This document shows, piece after piece, positions 57,585 through 64,000 of a DNA stretch of 64,000 bases (positions are counted from its first letter, which is position 1; each line of letters starts with the position of its first letter). The translations under genes and the position numbers were made by a program. The stretch is from an uncultured beta proteobacterium. Lineage in GTDB: Bacteria > Pseudomonadota > Gammaproteobacteria > Burkholderiales > Burkholderiaceae_F. The notes beneath the pieces were generated by a model. The model was not told the DNA's origin. It worked only from the letters and a program-made list of their open reading frames with translations, and searched no databases. The stretch is taken from the NCBI GenBank assembly GCA_963791315.1, contig CAWBRQ010000003.1, positions 86,339 through 150,338 of the forward strand. Reading direction: 5' to 3'.

Positions 57585-58280
57585 CTAGCTTCCGTAGCGG
57601 CGCAGTGCCGCCAGATCGACGATGCGAATGCTTCCGTATTCGACTTCGACCAGCTCCGCGCGTGCCAGGACCTGCAACGCCTGATTAACCCGTTGCCGCG
57701 ATACTCCAGACAAGTAGCCGATTTCTTCCTGCGAGATCTCGAGTTCGTTGCGATGACCGGGGTACAAGCGCGGGTTGAACATCTCGGCCAGGCAGCGCGC
57801 CACGCGCGCATCGGGTTCGAGCATCCGCTCGTATTCCACCAAACCGATGAACTGACCCAGACGCTCATTTAGCTGGAGCAGCAAAAACCGATTGAATGCG
57901 ATGCTGGTTGAGAGCAGCCAATCGAAGGTCGAGCGCGGCATCCATGCCATCCGTGTGTCACGCAGGGCGACGATGTCGTATTTGCGGGCCTCGCTCTTCA
58001 GCAGTGAGCCTTCGCCGAACCAGCCTCCTGCGCCGACGCCGGTAAATGTCACGCTTTTGCCCGCTGCCGAGACCGAACTCATTTTGACAAGTCCTTCGAT
58101 GACGCCGGTCCATGCCTCGACAGTTTCACCCCTGCGCATCACTACGGTGCCGCCCGGAAAGCGCCGTTCTTCCACCTCCGCCGTGACCCGCTTGCGCTGG
58201 ACCGGGTCGAGGCCGGTCCACCAGGCGCTGGCGGCCAGCATGTCGACCAATGGAGGCGGGTGAGGATCGAGTTCCGACAT
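57585..58280 (-). CDS. Crp/Fnr-family transcriptional regulator
   Basis: It has a cNMP-binding-like beta-roll (FPGGTVVMRRGETVEAW...GWFGEGSLL) and a C-terminal HTH (SQEEIGYLSGVSRQRVNQALQVL). Confidence 0.85.
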   Translation of the reverse strand: MSELDPHPPPLVDMLAASAWWTGLDPVQRKRVTAEVEERRFPGGTVVMRRGETVEAWTGVIEGLVKMSSVSAAGKSVTFTGVGAGGWFGEGSLLKSEARKYDIVALRDTRMAWMPRSTFDWLLSTSIAFNRFLLLQLNERLGQFIGLVEYERMLEPDARVARCLAEMFNPRLYPGHRNELEISQEEIGYLSGVSRQRVNQALQVLARAELVEVEYGSIRIVDLAALRRYGS

Positions 58281-58400
58281 AGAGCGTCAGGGCGAACAGG
58301 CCCGACATTCTCGCGCAGACTGTCGCCACGATGACAGTTTGCCAAGCGGCCGCGCTTTACCGTTCGGGATTGTGTGGCAACCAGCGGCGCGACCTGTGAA

Positions 58401-58418
58401 GTAAGCTAGCTCGCTTAC
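58401..58418. promoter_or_regulatory. Candidate operator: inverted repeat GTAAGC-N6-GCTTAC flanked by a direct repeat
   Basis: It lies in the 191-bp divergent gap between the Crp/Fnr gene and the acyl-CoA ligase operon. An inner palindrome AGCTAGCT sits at 58404-58411. It is flanked by GTGTGGCAACCAGCGGCG (58372-58389) and GTGTGGCACAACCGGCGA (58420-58437). Confidence 0.25.
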
Positions 58419-58471
58419 GGTGTGGCACAACCGGCGACGCGATACAAATCGCGCAATCAAGGAGACAACCC

Positions 58472-60421
58472 GTGAATTCGGTGCCCAGCGCTGACACGTT
58501 TCCGCGCTTGCTTGCGCACCACGCGAGTACACGTCCGCGTGCAACCGCGATCCGCGAAAAGGATCTCGGCATCTGGCAGAGCTGGACGTGGCAGCAGATG
58601 CACCAGGAGGTGAGCGAAATCGCGGCCGGACTTTTGCAGTCCGGCTTCCAGCGCGGCCAGCATCTGGCGATCATCGGAGAAAACCGTCCGCGGCTGTACT
58701 TCACGATGACCGCCGTGCAATGCCTCGGTGGCATACCGGTGCCTATGTACCAGGATGCCGCTGCCGCCGAGATGATGTTCGTGTTCGATAACGCCGAGAT
58801 TCATTTCGCGGTGGTGGAAGACCAGGAGCAAGTCGACAAGGTGCTGGAGGTTCGCGAGAAGGTGCCGCACTTGCGACATATTTTTTACGACGATGCGCGC
58901 GGCCTGCGCAACTATCAGCAGGCGGGCTTGCAATCGTATGACGCCTTACGCGCAAGTGGCCGGCAGCTGCTGCAGCAGCAACCCGTTGTCGTTGACCACG
59001 AAATTGGAAAGGGTCGCGCGACCGATGTCGGTGCCATGTTTTACACGTCCGGCACGACTGGAAATGCCAAAGGTGTCGTTCTTGGATATGACAACCTGAT
59101 AGCGGCGGGGCGAGCGGGCGCCGACATGGAGGCGCTGAGTTCCGACGAACAAGTGCTCGCGTATCTGCCGATGGCGTGGATCGGCCAGAATATTTTTTCT
59201 TATACGCAATGGCTCGTGTGTGGTTTTACGGTGAACTGCCCGGAGTCGGCGGCAACGGTCACCGCAGACATGCGCGAGATCGGTCCCACCTACTACTTCG
59301 CTCCGCCGGCCGTGCTCGAGGCGTTGCTGACGCAGGTGATGATCCGAATGGAAGATGCCTCGGCGATCAAGCGGCGCATGTTTCACTACTTCATGCGAGT
59401 CGCGCGCAACGTCGGCGGAAGATTGTTGGATGGAGAGCCGGTCGGCGTTGCAGACCGACTTCTCTATTCACTTGGCAACTGGTTCATCTATGCGCCGCTG
59501 CGCAACTCGCTTGGCATGAGTCGCATCAGGGTTGCATACACCGCGGGTGAGGCGATTGGCCCCGATCTGTTTACGTTCTATCGCTCGCTGGGCGTCAACC
59601 TGAAGCAGCTGTATGGCTCAACCGAGACGTCAGTGTTCGTGTGCGTTCAGGAAAACGGCGGTGTCAAGGCAGACACGGTCGGCCCTCCGGTCAAAGGCGT
59701 CGAAATCAAGCTAACCGATGGCGGTGAAATCCTGATTCGCTCACCGGGACTGTTTCGCGAGTACTACAAAGCGCCTGAGGCGACGCACGAAGCGAAGGAT
59801 GCCGAAGGCTGGTTTCACACTGGAGACGCCGGCTACTTCGATCAGGGCGGGCACTTGAAGATCATCGATCGTGCGAAGGATGTCGGCAGACTGGCGGACG
59901 GGACGCTGTTCGCTCCCAAGTACATCGAGAACAAGCTGAAATTTTTTCCGACGATCAAGGAAGCCGTGGCGTTCGGCGACCAGCGCAAGATGGTCACTGC
60001 GTTTCTCAACATCGACATGCAAGCCGTCGGCAACTGGGCCGAGCGCAATAACTTGCCGTATGCCGGTTACACCGATTTGGCTGCAAAGCCTGAAGTCCTT
60101 GCGTTGTTGCGCGAGGCCGTCGGTAAGGTCAATGCCGATCTCGCCAACGACCCGGCGCTCGCCAACACGCAGATTCATCGCTTCATCGTATTGCACAAGG
60201 AGCTCGACGCCGATGATGACGAGCTGACGCGTACACGGAAGGTTCGCCGCCGCTTCATCGCGCAGAAGTTCGATCAACTGGTTGATGCGATGTATGGCGG
60301 ATTGGACGAGCAGTACGTCGAAACCGCAGTCAAGTTCGAGGACGGACGCACCGGCAAGATCAGCGCAACCGTGAAGGTGATCGATGCCGAAGTATTTTCC
60401 GCGATGAAAAAGGCAGCGTAG
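58472..60421 (+). CDS. AMP-dependent synthetase/ligase (long-chain acyl-CoA synthetase-like) leading an ABC-transporter operon
   Basis: AAGGAGA precedes the GTG at 58472. The AMP-binding motif is MFYTSGTTGNAKGV, with YGSTE and TGD...G.L.I.DR further on. 649 aa. Confidence 0.85.
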   Translation: MNSVPSADTFPRLLAHHASTRPRATAIREKDLGIWQSWTWQQMHQEVSEIAAGLLQSGFQRGQHLAIIGENRPRLYFTMTAVQCLGGIPVPMYQDAAAAEMMFVFDNAEIHFAVVEDQEQVDKVLEVREKVPHLRHIFYDDARGLRNYQQAGLQSYDALRASGRQLLQQQPVVVDHEIGKGRATDVGAMFYTSGTTGNAKGVVLGYDNLIAAGRAGADMEALSSDEQVLAYLPMAWIGQNIFSYTQWLVCGFTVNCPESAATVTADMREIGPTYYFAPPAVLEALLTQVMIRMEDASAIKRRMFHYFMRVARNVGGRLLDGEPVGVADRLLYSLGNWFIYAPLRNSLGMSRIRVAYTAGEAIGPDLFTFYRSLGVNLKQLYGSTETSVFVCVQENGGVKADTVGPPVKGVEIKLTDGGEILIRSPGLFREYYKAPEATHEAKDAEGWFHTGDAGYFDQGGHLKIIDRAKDVGRLADGTLFAPKYIENKLKFFPTIKEAVAFGDQRKMVTAFLNIDMQAVGNWAERNNLPYAGYTDLAAKPEVLALLREAVGKVNADLANDPALANTQIHRFIVLHKELDADDDELTRTRKVRRRFIAQKFDQLVDAMYGGLDEQYVETAVKFEDGRTGKISATVKVIDAEVFSAMKKAA

Positions 60422-60424
60422 GCA

Positions 60425-60673
60425 ATGACCGCGCGCACGGTGGCTGCCATCGCGTGCCTGATAGTCGGAGTCGGTCTCGCTGCATGGTCATTAGCCAGCG
60501 GTCAGTTGCCGCTTGCCATCATTGGCTTCGCCTTGATCTTCACGTTTTTGTACCTGGTGATGGAAGCGGCCAACAAGGCAGGCAAGCCGAAGCATCAGAT
60601 CAAGCGTGCTGCCAACTCTGCGTGGGGCATGAAGGACGAGCCGGCGCAAACGACCGAAGAGGGCAAGCGGTGA
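60425..60673 (+). CDS. Small two-TM hypothetical membrane protein
   Basis: 82 aa, with two hydrophobic helices followed by a basic/acidic tail. It starts 4 nt after the ligase stop and overlaps the next gene by GTGA, which suggests translational coupling. Confidence 0.45.
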   Translation: MTARTVAAIACLIVGVGLAAWSLASGQLPLAIIGFALIFTFLYLVMEAANKAGKPKHQIKRAANSAWGMKDEPAQTTEEGKR

Positions 60674-61464
60674 GCCGCGCGCGTATTGGCGACGCGGGCG
60701 ACGTATTGCTCAATGTCGAAGACGTCTCGCTTGCATTCGGGGGTGTCAAAGCGCTGCAGCAGGTGTCGTTCGACGTTTATGAGCACGAGATCCGCGCGAT
60801 CATCGGCCCCAACGGCGCCGGCAAGAGTTCGATGCTCAACGTGATCAATGGTGTTTACACACCGCAGCAAGGCCACATCACGTTTCGTGGCAAGGTGTAC
60901 GCCAACATGGACCCTCACGGAGCTGCCGCTGCCGGCATCTCGCGTACGTTCCAGAGCCTGGCACTGTTCGGAGGCATGAGCGTGCTCGACAACATCATGA
61001 CCGGCCGCAACCTGCGCATGAACACCGGTGTGCTGTGGCAGGCGCTGCATGTTGGCCCCGCACAGCGCGAGGAATTGCGTCATCGCGAGTTCGTCGAACA
61101 CATCATCGACTTCCTCGAGATTCAGGCGTACCGAAAAACTGCCGTCGGCCGCTTGCCGTACGGTCTGCAGAAGCGCGTCGACTTGGGGCGCGCGCTGGCG
61201 ATGGAGCCGCTGCTGTTGCTGCTCGACGAGCCAATGGCAGGCATGAACCTCGAAGAAAAAGAAGACATGTGTCGCTTCGTGCTGGATGTCAACGAGGAGT
61301 TCGGCACGACGATCGTGCTGATCGAACACGACATGGGCGTGGTGATGGATATCTCCGATCGCGTCGTCGTGCTCGATTACGGCAAGAAGATCGGCGACGG
61401 CATGCCCGACCAAGTTCGCAACAGCCAGAACGTGATTGACGCGTACCTGGGGGTCGCGCACTGA
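60670..61464 (+). CDS. Branched-chain-amino-acid-type ABC transporter ATP-binding protein (LivG-like)
   Basis: The start is the GTG at 60670. It has Walker A GPNGAGKSS, LPYGLQKRVDLGRAL and Walker B LLLLDEPMAG. Confidence 0.85.
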   Translation: MSRARIGDAGDVLLNVEDVSLAFGGVKALQQVSFDVYEHEIRAIIGPNGAGKSSMLNVINGVYTPQQGHITFRGKVYANMDPHGAAAAGISRTFQSLALFGGMSVLDNIMTGRNLRMNTGVLWQALHVGPAQREELRHREFVEHIIDFLEIQAYRKTAVGRLPYGLQKRVDLGRALAMEPLLLLLDEPMAGMNLEEKEDMCRFVLDVNEEFGTTIVLIEHDMGVVMDISDRVVVLDYGKKIGDGMPDQVRNSQNVIDAYLGVAH

Positions 61465-62477
61465 TGGGCGCCTATCTGCTCAAGAATTGGGCAGTTGTCG
61501 CACTGATCGCTGCGCTGGTGATCGGCATGGCGTTGCCGCTCGCTACCGGCATCAGTGCTCCGGGTTTCTATTTTGAAGTGATGCTCGGTGGATTGATGTC
61601 GGGCGTGCTGTATTCATTGGTCGCGCTCGGCTTGGTGCTGATCTTCAAAGCATCGGGCGTATTCAACTTCGCGCAAGGCGCGATGGTGCTGTTCGGGGCG
61701 TTGGCGGTTGCGCGCATGAGTGAAGTGATGCCCTTACCGGTCGCATTTATTCTTGCGATCGGCGTGATGGCGATTCTCGCGTGGCTGATCGAGCGTCTGG
61801 TGTTGCGGCACCTGGTCAATCAGGACGCAGTCGTTCTGCTGATGGCGACACTAGGTGTTTCGTTTTTCCTCGACGGCTTCGGACAGACCCTTTGGGGCAG
61901 CGACATATATAACATCGACACCGGCCTTCCGAAGACTCCCGTGTTGGTTGCGGAGAACATCTTTCAGGGCGGCATCCTGATCAACACCGAAGATCTGGTT
62001 GCCGCCGCGGCGGCGGCGTTGTTGGTGATCGCACTCGCGCTTTTCTTTCAGAAAACGCCGACCGGGCGTGCGCTGCGCGCTGTGGCTGATGATCATCAGG
62101 CCGCACAATCGATCGGCATCCCGCTGAATCGCATCTGGGTGATCGTGTGGACGGTTGCGGGCTTCGTTGCACTGGTAGCCGGCGTCGTGTGGGGATCGAA
62201 GCTCGGCGTTCAGTTTTCGGTATCGCTGGTTGCACTCAAGGCGCTACCTGTGGTGATCCTTGGCGGATTTACGTCGGTGCCGGGCGCGATTCTCGGCGGG
62301 TTGATCATCGGTGTTGGCGAAAAATTTGCCGAAGTTTTTCTAGGGCCAGTCCTCGTTAGGCAATTTGATCTAGCCGGTGGCGGCATCGAAAACTGGTTTG
62401 CATACGTGCTGGCGTTGCTGTTCCTTCTGGTTCGGCCGGAAGGCTTGTTCGGAGAGAAACATATAGATCGCGTGTAG
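61464..62477 (+). CDS. Branched-chain-type ABC transporter permease (LivH-like)
   Basis: 337 aa, multi-TM, with GLVLIFKASGVFNFAQGAM as the typical LivH block. There is an ATGA overlap with the ATPase gene. Confidence 0.85.
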   Translation: MGAYLLKNWAVVALIAALVIGMALPLATGISAPGFYFEVMLGGLMSGVLYSLVALGLVLIFKASGVFNFAQGAMVLFGALAVARMSEVMPLPVAFILAIGVMAILAWLIERLVLRHLVNQDAVVLLMATLGVSFFLDGFGQTLWGSDIYNIDTGLPKTPVLVAENIFQGGILINTEDLVAAAAAALLVIALALFFQKTPTGRALRAVADDHQAAQSIGIPLNRIWVIVWTVAGFVALVAGVVWGSKLGVQFSVSLVALKALPVVILGGFTSVPGAILGGLIIGVGEKFAEVFLGPVLVRQFDLAGGGIENWFAYVLALLFLLVRPEGLFGEKHIDRV

Positions 62478-62515
62478 TTGGTCTTAGCGGACCACCGTCA
62501 CCGGTCGCGATCACC

Positions 62516-63580
62516 ATGCTCTATCGGGAAAACGGTCAATTCAAGTCCAGTTATGCGGCCGATCAGCAGTTGCTGCCGATCGCGCAAGACCGCTGGTTCA
62601 TGCTGGCGCTGATCGCGTTCGCATATCTGGCGGTACCGGCGCTCGCGAGCGACTACGTGCTGCGCGCACTGATCATCCCGTTCGTCATCCTCACGATCGC
62701 GGCAATCGGACTGAATATTCTGGTCGGCTACTGCGGCCAGATTTCGCTCGGCACGGCCGCCTTTATGGCGGTCGGCGCCTACGCGGCTTACAACCTGACG
62801 ATCCGAGTTCCGCAGTTGGGGTTCTTCGTCGTACTGGTGCTGGCGGGCGGGATTGCCGCGTTGGTCGGGGCGTTCTTCGGCATCCCCAGTTTGCGCATCA
62901 AAGGGCTTTACCTAGCGGTGGCGACACTGGCGGCGCAGTTCTTTATCGACTGGATGTTTGCGCGCGTCAAGTGGTTCACCGATTACTCGTCGTCGGGTTC
63001 GGTGTCGACCGCGCCGATCGAGGTTTTTGGCTGGACCGTTACTACTTCTTTTGACAAATATCTGTTCGTTCTATCAATCGCAATCGTGCTGACCTTGGCC
63101 GCAAAAAATCTGGTGCGCGGGCATCTGGGGCGCGCCTGGATGGCCACGCGCGACATGGACGTTGCTGCCGAGGTGATCGGCATCCGGCCGCTGCCGGCCA
63201 AGCTCTCGGCTTTCGCGGTCAGTTCGTTTTATGCCGGCGTGGCGGGCGCCCTGTGGGGGTTTGTCCACCTAGGCGCGTGGGAGCCATTAGCGTTCAATAT
63301 CAATCTTTCGCTTAACCTTTTGTTCATGATCATCATCGGTGGTATGGGTTCATTGCTCGGCGCATACTTTGGCGCGGCTTTTATCGTCCTGTTGCCGATT
63401 CTGCTGAATCAGGTGCCCGGCTGGTTCGGCTTGCCGATTTCGACGGCCCTGGCCTCGCATTTGGAAGCGATGATCTTCGGCAGCCTGATCGTGTTCTTCC
63501 TGATCGTTGAGCCGCGTGGGCTCGCACGTTTATGGGCAATTGGAAAAGAGAAATTGCGGCTTTGGCCGTTTCCGCACTGA
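62516..63580 (+). CDS. Branched-chain-type ABC transporter permease (LivM-like)
   Basis: 354 aa, multi-TM, with NILVGYCGQISLGTAAFMAVGAY as the typical LivM block. Confidence 0.85.
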   Translation: MLYRENGQFKSSYAADQQLLPIAQDRWFMLALIAFAYLAVPALASDYVLRALIIPFVILTIAAIGLNILVGYCGQISLGTAAFMAVGAYAAYNLTIRVPQLGFFVVLVLAGGIAALVGAFFGIPSLRIKGLYLAVATLAAQFFIDWMFARVKWFTDYSSSGSVSTAPIEVFGWTVTTSFDKYLFVLSIAIVLTLAAKNLVRGHLGRAWMATRDMDVAAEVIGIRPLPAKLSAFAVSSFYAGVAGALWGFVHLGAWEPLAFNINLSLNLLFMIIIGGMGSLLGAYFGAAFIVLLPILLNQVPGWFGLPISTALASHLEAMIFGSLIVFFLIVEPRGLARLWAIGKEKLRLWPFPH

Positions 63581-63638
63581 TGAGGTCCAACGCGGCAATG
63601 GCGATATCTAACTTAAACCGGACCAAAGGAGACTCACC

Positions 63639-64000
63639 ATGGCAGTTTTTAAACGAATGAAGGCAAGCGCGATAACAGCGCTGGCTGGAATCGCCGCCGC
63701 CGTCACGCTGGGCATGTCGAGCCCAGCGGGCGGGCAACAAAAGGCGCCGACGGCGACCGGCAAGGGCGAACAGTTTTTCCCGGCGCTGGTTTATCGGACG
63801 GGTGCGTACGCGCCCAACGGCGTGCCGTTTGCCAACGGCTACATCGACTATTTGAAGCTGGTCAACGCACAGGGCGGCATTAACGGCGTGATGATCACGT
63901 TCGAAGAGTGTGAGACCGGTTATGCCACCGACCGCGGTGTCGAGTGCTACGAGCGCCTGAAAGGCAAAGGTCCGACCGGTGCCACGTTGTTTCAGCCGCT
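63639..64000 (+). CDS. ABC transporter substrate-binding protein (Leu/Ile/Val-binding type I PBP family); 5' part only, as the gene runs off the right edge
   Basis: My translation, with GGAGA preceding the ATG at 63639, is MAVFKRMKASAITALAGIAAAVTLGMSSPAGG... ALVYRTGAYAPNGVPFANGYIDYLKLVNAQGGINGV. It is not in the ORF track because the frame is still open at the window end. Confidence 0.7.
   Translation, partial: MAVFKRMKASAITALAGIAAAVTLGMSSPAGGQQKAPTATGKGEQFFPALVYRTGAYAPNGVPFANGYIDYLKLVNAQGGINGVMITFEECETGYATDRGVECYERLKGKGPTGATLFQP

Noticed and set aside
58420-58437. A TGGCAC motif suggesting a sigma-54 promoter upstream of the ligase operon
   Set aside because: The -12 element (TTGC at the correct N4-5 spacing) is missing. 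The same TGGCA core is part of a direct repeat, so it is more likely a regulator site.

Overview
This is a high-GC chromosomal segment that looks like a betaproteobacterium of the order Burkholderiales. Supporting genes are three Bug/TctC-type solute receptors, a TAXI-TRAP system, opgGH, cbpAM, ada, and CoA-transferase/HMG-CoA-lyase modules. I can support about 60 protein-coding loci, no rRNA or tRNA genes and no CRISPR array. All family assignments come from motifs read in the supplied translations; no database search was run.

Two things stand out. (1) Positions 33.2-37.6 kb hold an integron gene-cassette array. It has seven canonical attC sites (RYYYAAC ... GTTRRRY, 60-82 bp) that fall into two sequence families, and each is preceded by one small plus-strand ORF. 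No integron integrase is present anywhere in the window. The left edge of the array still carries a near-consensus LexA/SOS box and an attI-like GTTAGAG core, preceded by a 7-codon leader ORF with a strong Shine-Dalgarno sequence. This looks like an integron that lost intI but kept its operator (a CALIN). (2) Disrupted genes are unusually dense and very unevenly distributed. At least 14 loci need frame corrections or carry an in-frame stop. opgG, opgH, lhr and a cassette-borne pyrimidine-dimer glycosylase are each split over several frames, while neighbouring multi-kb operons are clean. This is either genuine reductive decay or localised assembly error, and raw reads are needed to decide.

Other points of interest are a CorA-superfamily (GMN motif) protein with a large unknown N-terminal domain lying divergent to an ECF sigma/anti-sigma/lipoprotein module, an exported protein with two HxT motifs (2H-phosphoesterase-like), and a frameshifted exported CxxCH protein with a sorting-signal-like C-terminus.
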